Shown here: positions 1 through 8,710 of the stretch, in pieces | Position numbering within the stretch: position 1 is the stretch's first letter | Layout of the letters: every line of letters begins with the position of its first letter | Program-made: the position numbers and the translations under genes | Assembly (NCBI GenBank): GCA_963663025.1 | Contig: OY760073.1 | Span: forward strand, 1,833,354-1,897,353 | Length of the DNA stretch: 64,000 nt | From: Dehalococcoidia bacterium | Lineage (GTDB): Bacteria; Chloroflexota; Dehalococcoidia; Lucifugimonadales; JAGWBF01 | Reading direction: 5' to 3' | The notes under the pieces: model-generated | Databases searched by the model: none | The model's input: only the letters and a program-made list of their open reading frames with translations | What the model was told of the DNA's origin: nothing

Positions 1-6
1 GCAACC

Positions 7-66
7 CTCCGTCCTGGATTGCGGCCTCCGCCGCAATGACGATTATCCTTGCAATGACGAAAGGCG
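7..66. repeat. Type-A REP hairpin (ATTGCGGC-N4-GCCGCAAT) plus tail; left member of a 60-nt direct repeat, with the partner at 723-782
   Basis: 59/60 identity with 723-782. The hairpin ATTGCGGCCTCCGCCGCAAT lies at 18-37. Confidence 0.8.
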
Positions 67-143
67 AACTGCCCTTCGGCTGGACCAGGACAGGCTTGGT
101 GTACAATGGGCTGGCAATGAGCCAGGAACGAGGAGGTAGCGAC

Positions 144-578
144 ATGGCGGAGTACATCCCTTCGACGGCGGACTGGGTGCGGGAACAGGTGGAGCTGTAC
201 GAGGGCAGCGGCGGGACCGCGGGGACGACCCTGCGGGACACCGGGCTGCCCGTGATCATCGTGACCAACCGGGGCAACCGGACGGGGGGCATACGCAAGA
301 CGCCCCTGATGCGGGTGAAGGACGGGAGCAGCTACGTGCTCGTCGGCTCCAGGGGAGGCAACCCGAAGAACCCTTCGTGGGTGTACAACCTGCGGGCCGA
401 CGGCAGCGTGGAGATACGGGACGGGCGGGAGGTGCAGGACATGCAGGTGCGGGAGGTCGTGGACGAGGGGGAGCGGACGCGCCTGTGGGAACTGGCGGTG
501 GCGGCCTTCCCGCCCTACGATGAGTACCAGACCCGCACGACGCGCCGGATACCTGTGTTCGTCGCCGAGCCTGCGTAG
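144..578 (+). CDS. Deazaflavin (F420)-dependent nitroreductase family protein (Ddn/PPOX-like split barrel)
   Basis: ATG at 144 is preceded by AGGAGG at 131-136. The longer 36..578 form starts inside the REP. Family-typical stretch: LPVIIVTNRGNRTGGIRKTPLMRV...NPSWVYNLRADGSVEI...RIPVFV. Confidence 0.75.
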   Translation: MAEYIPSTADWVREQVELYEGSGGTAGTTLRDTGLPVIIVTNRGNRTGGIRKTPLMRVKDGSSYVLVGSRGGNPKNPSWVYNLRADGSVEIRDGREVQDMQVREVVDEGERTRLWELAVAAFPPYDEYQTRTTRRIPVFVAEPA

Positions 579-599
579 GCAACACCACCCTCTCCCCCC

Positions 600-945
600 G
601 GCGGGGGATCACCCTCCCCCGTGTCCGTTCCCCCTTCGAGTCCCCTCAGGGTGAACGGACAGGCTAGGGCAGGGTGAACGGACACAAGGACTGCATTAGA
701 GCCACCCTGGAACCCGGCAATGCTCCGTCCTGGATTGCGGCCTGCGCCGCAATGACGATTATCCTTGCAATGACGAAAGGCGTGGCCTACGAGAGCAGGC
801 CTTCAGAACGGCCGGCTGTAACCAAGACCCATGCCGTCATTGCGGCGCAGGCCGCAATCCAGGAAACCCAGGCTGGGGACAGGCCGCCCTCCGTGTCCCC
901 TCCCCCTTCGAGTCCCCTCAGGGTGAACGGACAGCAGGGTGTGGC
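600..945. repeat. REP cluster with type-B hairpins (CCGTTC..CTTCGAGTCCCCTCAGG..GAACGG) and an inverted pair of type-A hairpins
   Basis: Type-A hairpins at 734-753 and 839-858 in opposite orientation. Type-B hairpins near 612-655 and 893-945. Confidence 0.8.
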
Positions 946-1022
946 GAAGGGGGAGCGGAATATGTTAATTTGCGGGGAGGGCGCACGTTGCAGGACGGGG
1001 GAGAGACAAAGTACAATGCGCC

Positions 1023-1092
1023 TCGTCCGGAGTAGTCCATACCGGAGGACGTTTGTGTCGTCCGGAGTAGTCCATATCGGAGGACGTTTGTA
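1023..1092 (+). repeat. 35-bp tandem duplication (2 copies) in the 5' leader of the lipoprotein gene; each copy is a hairpin carrying a GGAGGA
   Basis: TCGTCCGGAGTAGTCCATA(C/T)CGGAGGACGTTTGT(G/A) at 1023-1057 and 1058-1092. CGTCC/GGACG arms enclose the SD-like GGAGGA. Confidence 0.85.
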
Positions 1093-1094
1093 CC

Positions 1095-2168
1095 ATGCAG
1101 CAGCATAAGTCCGGTATTCGATTCTCGATATTCTTCGCCCTGGCGCTGGCCCTGACCCTCTCGCTGGCGCTGGCCGCCTGCGGCGCCGACCCAACGCCAA
1201 CCCCCACACCGACAGCAACCCCTGTGCCGCCTACGGCAACGCCGGCCCCAACGCCTACCCCCATGCCCACGCCGACGCCCGAGAGCGAGGCCACCATGGA
1301 GGGCTTCTTCATGACGCAGGCGACCACCGGGAAGGACCTGTTCGACAGGCTCTCCCAGGAGGAGAACGATTGCCTCAAGACCCAGTTCGGCGAACAGATT
1401 TACGGCTTTATGCTCAACACGCCTCTCTTGATGCAGGGCGGCGATCCCAGCTCCGCCGGGCCCCTGTTCGGCTGCCTGACGACGGACAACGCTGTGATGT
1501 TCGGCGTGGCTATCCTCGATGCCCAGTCGGGGGGCTGGTCCCCGGAGACCCGGGCGTGCATAGTCGAGATCGGCTTGGAGCACCCGGATGCGGTGTTCAT
1601 CAGGATGGGGATGACCGTGGGGACGGGCCCCGATGCGCCCGCCGAGACCATGGACTTCAACGTGCAGATTCACGAGTGCAAGAACGACGATGAGAAGAAG
1701 GCGTTCACGCTGGCCCTCTGGATAGGCATAGACAGCATCTCCGCAGGCACCGGGCAGGACATATACGACCTGCTGTCCGAGGAGGAGGCCCAGTGCGTGA
1801 GCGACGGCCTCTCCGATAAAGAGTTCGCAGCCATGATGGCCGCCACGCCCCTGGAGGCTGTGCAGGTCGGGACGAGCGTGTCCCAATGCATAGACCCGGA
1901 GACGAACCTGAAGATATTCGCCAACGGGATACAGTGGGGCATCGGAGGAGTGCGGGAGGAGACACTGACCTGCCTGCAGGAGTTCGGACGGCAGAACCCG
2001 GCCTTCGTGGCCCTTCTGGCATCGGGCATAGATGGGATACGGGCTATGCCTGCGGACGAGTTCCTCAGGGTGAGCGCCGCCGGCAACGAGCAGTACGCCT
2101 GCATGACGGACGAGGAGCAGCTGAGGATACAGGAGGCGGCCGCGGACGCCATGAGCGCCGGGCCGTAG
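1095..2168 (+). CDS. Secreted lipoprotein of unknown function, with a Pro/Thr-rich linker and Cys-containing internal duplication
   Basis: Signal peptide with lipobox LALAAC followed by [17 protein letters not shown] sits 10 nt upstream of the ATG. Confidence 0.7.
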   Translation: MQQHKSGIRFSIFFALALALTLSLALAACGADPTPTPTPTATPVPPTATPAPTPTPMPTPTPESEATMEGFFMTQATTGKDLFDRLSQEENDCLKTQFGEQIYGFMLNTPLLMQGGDPSSAGPLFGCLTTDNAVMFGVAILDAQSGGWSPETRACIVEIGLEHPDAVFIRMGMTVGTGPDAPAETMDFNVQIHECKNDDEKKAFTLALWIGIDSISAGTGQDIYDLLSEEEAQCVSDGLSDKEFAAMMAATPLEAVQVGTSVSQCIDPETNLKIFANGIQWGIGGVREETLTCLQEFGRQNPAFVALLASGIDGIRAMPADEFLRVSAAGNEQYACMTDEEQLRIQEAAADAMSAGP

Positions 2169-2199
2169 GCGGCGGGCTGCCCGTCCAGTCGTTCCTGTG

Positions 2200-2935
2200 G
2201 TCAGAGAGCCTGTCCGTTCGTGGACAGGCTCTCGAACTGTCTGCCTTCCGTTCGTGCATCGCGTTCGCCCTTCGAGAGCATCGCCCTCCCCGTGTCCGCT
2301 CCCTCTTCGAGGGCCTCAGGACAGGCTCAGGGCGAACGGACACGCCTTCCCCCTTCCCGTTCGTGCTGAGCCCACCCCCGTTCGTGCTGAGGGGACTCGA
2401 AGCATGAACGGAGGAAGCCGCCGGCGGGAGCCATCCAGGAACCCGGCAATGCTCCGTCCTGGGTTGCGGCCTACGCCGCAACGACGAAAAGCGCGGCCGG
2501 TGCGGGGGATCTGGGGGACGCATTGCCTGGAAGCGGCGCGCTATGTCGCACACCCTCCCCGTCATTGCGGCGCAGGCCGCAATCCAGAAAACCCAGGCCA
2601 GGGATAGGGCGGCCTCCGTGTCCGCTCCCCCTTCGAGAGCCTCAGGGTGAACGGACAGGCTAGGTCAGGGTGAACGGGCACGCCTTCTCCCCCCGTTCGT
2701 GCCGATCCCTCCCCACCCCCGTTCGTGCTGAGGGGACTCGAAGCATGAACGGAAAGGCACAGCGCTGTCACCGCCCGTTCTCCCTTCGAGAGCCTCAGGC
2801 CGAACGGGGGGTGTGACGTAGGCGAACGGCCATGCCAGCGTAGGTTCCCGTTCCCCGTCTTCACGAGGACAAGTTTCGCGGGAACGACGAGGGGTTCTTT
2901 ACCGTCATTCCCGTGCAAACGGGAATCTAGGACAG
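2200..2935. repeat. REP cluster with several type-B hairpins, a type-A inverted pair and a type-C hairpin (GTCATTCCCGTGCAAACGGGAATC)
   Basis: Repeated CGAGAGCCTCAGG..CGAACGG units. Type-A hairpins near 2466-2490 and 2565-2590. Type-C hairpin near 2905-2928. Confidence 0.75.
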
Positions 2936-2948
2936 TCCTGGGCGGGGC

Positions 2949-4370
2949 TTACTGGATGACGAGGTACTGGCGGAACTGGTCCATGGTCATGTCGGCGCGG
3001 AGGTAGGGGTGGGTGTAGAGGGCCAGCAGCTTCTCCTCCAGGGGGGAGAGGGTGTGGGTCTGGGACGGGTCCGGGGGCCTGACGCTCATCAGGTAGTCGC
3101 CCTCGGGCAGGTGGCCTATGGGGAGAAGGGCGTGGAGGAGCTCGTGCTTGAGCACCTGGCTGAAGAACTCGTCGGGGGCGGAGATGTAGATGGTTGCGAA
3201 GCTCCTGTCCTCGACCTCCTCCCAGATGCTGCAACCGTAGCGCTCTGGGCAGTTGGCGGGGGACTGGACGCCCAGGTGGAGGAGGATGTGGGCTGTCTCC
3301 GCAGATGAGGCCTCGGACACCTTGACCTTGAGCTTCTCTTCCATCCAGGGTATGTGGGATCGGAACTTCTCCAACAGGGCCTCGCCCTCTACGAGGGTGT
3401 AGGAGACCTGGCCCGGGAGCCACTTCACGTGCCTGCCAAGGAAGGTGAACCTGCCCCCGCAGGAGATGTCGCTGGCTTCCCGGAGGTCCCGGCTGTCGGT
3501 GAAGCACTCCCAGACGGAGCGTTCCACCCGCATCCGCTGGTCCAGGGGCACGATGTGGTAGGTGACGACCCGGAGGCCGCACTCCGTCCCTTCGTTGCTG
3601 ATGGACAGGCCGATGGCGTGGAGGTCCGCCCGAAGAAGCTCCTCGTACTCCTCGGCGGAGGCGTAGCACCCCACGAGGAGGTCCTGAACGGGTATGAAGG
3701 CGTCGTCGCCCTCCACAGCCTGCTTGAGGGCGTCCAGCCCGGCCTGCTGTCGCCCTTGGTTGAACCTGGAGAAGGCGGCCTTCATGATCTGGGCGGGGTC
3801 GGGTGTTGGGCTAGGTATGGCTGTGGGTTTTTCGGGACCCTCGGTGGGTTCCAGCGAGGGCGGGGTGCCGGTTGGCTGCTCCGACGCCGCCAGGCGGTAG
3901 GTGACGACCCTCAGACCGCACTCGACGCCTGCTTCGCTCAGGGACAGGGCGATGCCGCCGATGTCTTCCCGGAGCAGCTCTTCGTACTCATCCGCAGAGG
4001 CGTTGCACCCTACCACGAACTCCTCGGCCGGTGAGAAGCCGGCGTCGTCTTCCTCGACCAGGTGGAGGATGCCCAGGCCGAGGGCTTGTCTCTGCTCGTT
4101 GAGCCTGATGAGGGCCGACCCGATGATAAAGGCAAGGTCCGGGGCGGGCGTAAGGGCAGCGGTCGAGGTGGGCGGGGGCGCCGAAGCAGGAGTGGCGGTA
4201 GAAGCAGGGGTCGAGGTGGGCAGGGGCGCCGCGGCCTCGGTGGGTTGTGCCGTCACTGGAGTGGCCATCGGCGTCGAGGTGGGTGTCGGCGATGGAGCTT
4301 CAGTCGGAGCTTCTTGGCTACCGCAGGCCATCAGCAAAGCCACGAGTAATGTCAGCAAGAAGATACGCAT
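2949..4370 (-). CDS. Lipoprotein with a tandemly duplicated roughly 85-aa domain and a C-terminal HExxH (HELLH) putative zinc-peptidase module
   Basis: ATG at 4370 with GGAGG 9 nt upstream. Lipobox LLMAC followed by a PT-rich linker. Two homologous blocks (...VGCNASADEYEELLRED.../...VGCYASAEEYEELLRAD...). HELLHALLPIGH lies near the C-terminus. Confidence 0.7.
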   Translation of the reverse strand: MRIFLLTLLVALLMACGSQEAPTEAPSPTPTSTPMATPVTAQPTEAAAPLPTSTPASTATPASAPPPTSTAALTPAPDLAFIIGSALIRLNEQRQALGLGILHLVEEDDAGFSPAEEFVVGCNASADEYEELLREDIGGIALSLSEAGVECGLRVVTYRLAASEQPTGTPPSLEPTEGPEKPTAIPSPTPDPAQIMKAAFSRFNQGRQQAGLDALKQAVEGDDAFIPVQDLLVGCYASAEEYEELLRADLHAIGLSISNEGTECGLRVVTYHIVPLDQRMRVERSVWECFTDSRDLREASDISCGGRFTFLGRHVKWLPGQVSYTLVEGEALLEKFRSHIPWMEEKLKVKVSEASSAETAHILLHLGVQSPANCPERYGCSIWEEVEDRSFATIYISAPDEFFSQVLKHELLHALLPIGHLPEGDYLMSVRPPDPSQTHTLSPLEEKLLALYTHPYLRADMTMDQFRQYLVIQ

Positions 4371-4474
4371 TCGCTCCGACCTCCGGCGGGCCTTATCCGG
4401 CTTCGGTCATCATATCATCCACCTTGCTATCCTGGAGCAAGGTCCCTGTGCGGACTTCAGGGCCTTTCAATTAG

Positions 4475-6277
4475 ATGAAAAAAGGGTACACTTGGCGAGT
4501 GAGCCAGGCTTCAAATCCGACCGGATCGACCCTCCAATTCGAGGCTGAAGAGAAGCCACCGCCGCTGACCGCCCTGGTATTGGGCGTGCAGTCGGCGGCG
4601 CTGGTCGTGGCCCCCATCGCCCTGTTCCCCATCATCCTGGTGCTGGCGGTGGGCGGGACAGCGCCGGAGATCGCCTGGGCGGCCTTCGCCATGCTGGTGG
4701 TCAACGGGGCCGCGACCATCCTCCAGGCCTTCCGCATCGGCCCCGTGGGCTCGGGGCTGTTCATTATCACCTACCCGTCGCCCTCGGCCATCCCCTTCTG
4801 CATCATCGCCCTGGTGGAGGGCGGGGCGGGCACCCTGGCGTCGCTGGTGCTGGTGTCCGGCCTCTTCCAGGTGCTGGTGTCCATGAGGCTCTCGCTGCTG
4901 AGGCGGGTAGTGACGCCGGCCTTCAGCGGGGCCATCCTGATACTTCTGGTGATCACCGTCGTCCCCGTGGTGTTCCGAAGCCTGAACGATGTGCCCGAGG
5001 GCGCCCACGCAGCCGCGGGGCCAGTGTGCATCCTGGTGACCTTCGTCCTGCTTGCAGGCCTGCTTATCAGGGGCAGCGTGACGTGGCGGGTCTGGTCGTC
5101 GGTCATCGGCATAGCGGCGGGAGCCGTGGCAGGAGTAGCCTTCGGGATATTCGACTTCGGTCCCGTTAGGGAAGCCCCCGTCGTCGGGGTCCCCCTGGAC
5201 GGATGGCACGGCATCGGGCTCAGCTTTGGGGTCGCCTTCTGGTCCCTGCTGCCGGCCTTCCTCTTCCTGGCCGTCATAGCTGTCCTCCAGGGCACGTCCA
5301 TAGCCCTGTCGTCCCAGAGGCTGTCCTGGCGCGGCTCGCGGGCTATAGACTACCGAAGGGCGCAGGGCGTGTCCGTCTGCACGGGCTTGGGCAACCTGCT
5401 GGCCGGGCTTACGGCGGTGATGCCCATCGCCACCAGCCCCAGGGGCGCTGTGTTCACCCAGCAGACGGCCTGCGCCTCCAGGCACATCGGGATCATCACA
5501 GGGGCCGTGCTCATAGCGGCGGCCTTCTTCCCCAAGTCGTGGGGACTGCTGGTGGGCGTCCCCGCGCCGGTGACGGGGGTGTTCCTGGTCTTCATGCTCA
5601 GCCCGCTGGTGGTGGAGGGCATGAAAATGATCGTGCAGGACAACCCCGACTACGGGACGGCCGTTGCCATCGGCGCGGCCATACTGGTGGGGACGGGCAT
5701 GCAGACGGGGTTTCTTTCGCTTCCGGTGGGAGACCTGTGGGAGAGCATCTTCCAGAGGGCGCTGACAGCGGGGGCGGTGACGCTGGTGGCGTTGATGGTC
5801 GTCTCGGAGTTCAGGAAGCGGAAGCTGTGGCGGCTGCGGACGGAGGCCAGCATGGAGGCCCTGCCCCGGATCAACGGCTTCCTGGAGGAGTTCTCCAAGG
5901 GCAACGGCTGGGAGGCCCAGATGACGGACCGGCTGCGGGCTGTGGCTGAGGAGACGCTGGGGATCATGGCTGATCCCGACGAGGACGCAGCAGGAGGGCC
6001 GAAGAGGCTGCTGATGAGCGCCAGCGGGCACGGCAGCACGGCGGACCTGGAGTTTGTGGGCGCGGCCGGCAATACAGAGAACCTGGAAGACCAGCTAACG
6101 CTGCTGGACGCGCCTGCCCCCGAGTCGCTGGAGGTGGACATGGGAGGCGCCGGGGACTTCGTGGAGCGGGACACCTCGCTGCGCCTGCTGCGCCACTACG
6201 CGTCGACGGTCACCCACCGGCAGTACCACGACATCGAGATCGTCTCCGTGCGCGTCATGTCCCCTGCCCGGCAGTAG
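4475..6277 (+). CDS. NCS2 (xanthine/uracil permease)-like membrane transporter fused to a roughly 145-aa cytoplasmic C-terminal domain
   Basis: About 12 hydrophobic segments. N-terminal LVLGVQSAALVVAPIALFPIIL resembles the NCS2 signature. The soluble tail has an RsbW/SpoIIAB-like appearance. The start codon is uncertain because no SD is present. Confidence 0.65.
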   Translation: MKKGYTWRVSQASNPTGSTLQFEAEEKPPPLTALVLGVQSAALVVAPIALFPIILVLAVGGTAPEIAWAAFAMLVVNGAATILQAFRIGPVGSGLFIITYPSPSAIPFCIIALVEGGAGTLASLVLVSGLFQVLVSMRLSLLRRVVTPAFSGAILILLVITVVPVVFRSLNDVPEGAHAAAGPVCILVTFVLLAGLLIRGSVTWRVWSSVIGIAAGAVAGVAFGIFDFGPVREAPVVGVPLDGWHGIGLSFGVAFWSLLPAFLFLAVIAVLQGTSIALSSQRLSWRGSRAIDYRRAQGVSVCTGLGNLLAGLTAVMPIATSPRGAVFTQQTACASRHIGIITGAVLIAAAFFPKSWGLLVGVPAPVTGVFLVFMLSPLVVEGMKMIVQDNPDYGTAVAIGAAILVGTGMQTGFLSLPVGDLWESIFQRALTAGAVTLVALMVVSEFRKRKLWRLRTEASMEALPRINGFLEEFSKGNGWEAQMTDRLRAVAEETLGIMADPDEDAAGGPKRLLMSASGHGSTADLEFVGAAGNTENLEDQLTLLDAPAPESLEVDMGGAGDFVERDTSLRLLRHYASTVTHRQYHDIEIVSVRVMSPARQ

Positions 6278-6299
6278 GGGGGTGCGCTTGGCCCGGCCT

Positions 6300-6615
6300 T
6301 TCGCCACGGACAGAGTGCCCGAATGCCTGAGTTTCCTGGATTGCGGCCTCCGCCGCAATGACGGCGAGGGTTTTCCTCATAGCCAGCCTTCAGAAGCCCT
6401 GACTCCTGCCGGCCACCTTTTTCGTCATTGCGGCGGAGGCCGCAATCCAGGACGGAGCATTGCCGGCTGCAGGGTGGTTCTGATACAGGGGCATCATTGA
6501 AATCCCCCTCAACCCAACCCTCTCCCACCAGGGGAGAGGGGGTATTGCCCGTTCGCCTCAATGACGAGGCTGTGTCCGTTCGTCCTTCGAGAGCCTCAGG
6601 GCGAACGGGTGGTAG
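6300..6615. repeat. REP cluster with a type-A inverted pair, a type-D hairpin (CCCTCTCCCACCAGGGGAGAGGG) and a type-B hairpin
   Basis: Type-A hairpins near 6337-6360 and 6425-6450. Type-D hairpin near 6519-6542. Type-B hairpin near 6575-6608. Confidence 0.75.
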
Positions 6616-6639
6616 GGCCCAGGCTCACAAAAGTCCGTC

Positions 6640-7551
6640 TCAGCGGATGGCGATGGAGCGGAGGAACTCCAAGGCGGCGGCGGCGCACTCCTCGGGCTTC
6701 TCGAGCTGCAGGAAGTGGGTGGCCTCGGGCAGGAAGTCGTAGTTCACGCTCAGGATGTCGGACATGTCCAGGGTGGGGAGGTAGGAGAAGGGCAGGGTGG
6801 GGTCCGCGCCGATGACCTTGACCGGGCACTCTATCTCATCGAAGTCCACGGCCACCCCATAGACGCTGGCGTAGTCGATCATCCGGGCTTCGTACTCCCG
6901 CGGACAGCGCAGCTCGTAGCCGTCCTGGTCCCCGGACTCGCGCAGGGTCGTCTCGGCCATGAGGTCGTAGGCGCCGGGCACGAAGCGCTGGAAAGGAGGC
7001 AGGAAGGCCAGGACCTCGGCGAATTCTGCACGGCTGCGGAACCAGTCGGTGCGACGTCGAGTCATGCCTGCGGCCCGTATGGCGGCCTCCTCGAACTCTC
7101 GGTGGCTGCGCCCCGGCTTGCAGAGTGGAGGGTCGAAGAGAAGCAAGGCGGAGAGGCGGCTGCCCTTGGAGGCGGACAGAAGGGACACTAGGGCAGACAC
7201 TGAGTGGAAGACGCCCGCCTGGGTCTTGTGGCCGTAGTTGCGCTCTATGGCCTCCAGGATGGAGTCATGGTCGGCCACCAGGGTGGGGACGTTGTGTGTC
7301 TCCAGGGCGCTGGGGGTGTTCCAGCCGTGGTTCCGCAGGTCGTAGATGATCAGGTCGAAGTCGTTGGTGAACCGGGACCAGAAGGGGTAGTAGAGGTCGA
7401 TGGCCAAGCCGTTGCCGTGACTCAGGATTAGCCGGGGCCCGTCGGGGTTGCCGTGTTGCCTCAGGACGATATGGGTATCGGCATCAACCTGGACTTCGCA
7501 GGTGGAGATGGGTTCGGGGATGTTCCAGACCCTTTCGGAGCTATCGGCCAA
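6640..7551 (-). CDS. Alpha/beta-fold hydrolase, candidate chain-release or thioesterase enzyme of the PKS operon
   Basis: HGNG oxyanion-type motif (ILSHGNGLA) and nucleophile-elbow-like FHSVSA. The TTG start lies 3 nt after the PPTase stop. Confidence 0.8.
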   Translation of the reverse strand: MADSSERVWNIPEPISTCEVQVDADTHIVLRQHGNPDGPRLILSHGNGLAIDLYYPFWSRFTNDFDLIIYDLRNHGWNTPSALETHNVPTLVADHDSILEAIERNYGHKTQAGVFHSVSALVSLLSASKGSRLSALLLFDPPLCKPGRSHREFEEAAIRAAGMTRRRTDWFRSRAEFAEVLAFLPPFQRFVPGAYDLMAETTLRESGDQDGYELRCPREYEARMIDYASVYGVAVDFDEIECPVKVIGADPTLPFSYLPTLDMSDILSVNYDFLPEATHFLQLEKPEECAAAALEFLRSIAIR

Positions 7552-7554
7552 GAT

Positions 7555-8325
7555 TCAGGCTTCCTCCGGTGGTGAGGTGGGGCCGGCTGGTGACATTTCG
7601 ACGGCCAATGCGGCGGCGTAGTCCGCAGTGCCAATGTCCTCCAGGCGCCATGAAGTGTCGGGAAGATGGGGAAACCTGAAGCTGCCGGACTTTGCGCCTC
7701 GACGGATGTTGGCGGGCAGCTCGAAGCCGGAGGGGTCGGTTGAGAAGCCGGTGCCCAAGGCCTTGATCAGGGCCTCCTTAAAGGTCCAGAGCCGGTAGAA
7801 TAGTGCCAGCTTCTCGTTCACTTCCAGGGCAGCGAGGTCGGCCCGCTCTTCCGCTCCCATCACGGACTCGATGAGGGCGTCCAGGCTGGGCTTAGGGATG
7901 CGCTCCTCCACGTCGATGCCAAGACGGCCCGAGGGGGCGAGGGCGATCAGGCCGTGGCTAGCCGTGTGGCTTACATTAAAGGCGACGCCGACCCGCTGAC
8001 CTGCCACGAGGGCGAAGGGCTTGCCATGATCTGACGTGGCGAAGGCGAGGCGCTCGTTGCTGCAGCCGAGATAATCACAAAGGACAGCCCGGAGAGCGGC
8101 GCGACACAGGGAGAACCGGCGTCGAGGGCCCGGTGTGTACCTCTCCCAAGCCGACCTCTCCCCCCGGTCCAGCCACTCAAAGGCTTCCCCTTCGTGGGCG
8201 GGATCAGGGTTCAGGTCAACGTGGACTATCGCAACGCCGGGCATGGTTGGGAGGGGCTTCCACCATGGGCCAGCCAACGCTTGACATGATGGGCTGGCGT
8301 CCGTCCCATCAACGACTGCCGTCAC
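7555..8325 (-). CDS. 4'-phosphopantetheinyl transferase, Sfp type
   Basis: Motifs FNVSHTASHGLIALA, GIDVEE and WTFKEALIKALG. Start is GTG at 8325, or alternatively ATG 81 nt downstream. Confidence 0.85.
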   Translation of the reverse strand: MTAVVDGTDASPSCQALAGPWWKPLPTMPGVAIVHVDLNPDPAHEGEAFEWLDRGERSAWERYTPGPRRRFSLCRAALRAVLCDYLGCSNERLAFATSDHGKPFALVAGQRVGVAFNVSHTASHGLIALAPSGRLGIDVEERIPKPSLDALIESVMGAEERADLAALEVNEKLALFYRLWTFKEALIKALGTGFSTDPSGFELPANIRRGAKSGSFRFPHLPDTSWRLEDIGTADYAAALAVEMSPAGPTSPPEEA

Positions 8326-8358
8326 GAGGTTCCTCGCTTGGTTTTGATCCTTGGGACG

Positions 8359-8604
8359 TTAACTGACCTTGGTGTCGAGGAATGCTATAAGCTCGCCCAC
8401 CGTATTGTACTTGGCACAGTCCTCGGGGACGAAATTGACGTTAAACTCCTGAGCGACCACCTTGGTGAAGGCGACGAAGTCCACCGAGCTAACGCCCGAG
8501 TCCCTCAGACTGAGGTTCGGATCCAGGGGCCTGCCACTGGTCCGGCCTTCGATCTCCAGGTTGTCGTCCACCAGTTTTCGCATGCGCTCTTCAGTCGTTG
8601 CCAC
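8359..8604 (-). CDS. Discrete acyl carrier protein
   Basis: LRDSGVSSVDFV phosphopantetheine-attachment type motif, with the Ser codon at 8497-8499. GTG at 8604 lies 6 nt after GGAGGA (8611-8616). The longest ORF form starts at 8625. Confidence 0.85.
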   Translation of the reverse strand: MATTEERMRKLVDDNLEIEGRTSGRPLDPNLSLRDSGVSSVDFVAFTKVVAQEFNVNFVPEDCAKYNTVGELIAFLDTKVS

Positions 8605-8710
8605 CAGATCTCCTCCAAGCTTCACTCTTGTGATTTATAGGTTCAAAGGACACCAATATAACAGCACCGGAAGCAATGTTCAATCAGGCAGGAACGGACA
8701 CCACTGCCTG

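Noticed and set aside
36-143. An N-terminal extension of the nitroreductase ORF (MTIILAMTKGELPFGW...)
   Set aside because: It starts inside the type-A REP, and the same MTIILAMTKG peptide appears in the 674..1108 artefact ORF. A strong AGGAGG precedes the internal ATG at 144.
918-1886. A 322-aa minus-strand ORF, and the 160-aa ORF at 1670..2152
   Set aside because: They are antisense to the lipoprotein gene, which has a clear signal peptide, lipobox and SD.
4511-6031. A 506-aa minus-strand ORF overlapping the permease, and the 248-aa ORF at 5203..5949
   Set aside because: These are shadow ORFs. The plus-strand frame gives a coherent multi-TM transporter, whereas these give Arg/His/Gly-rich sequence.
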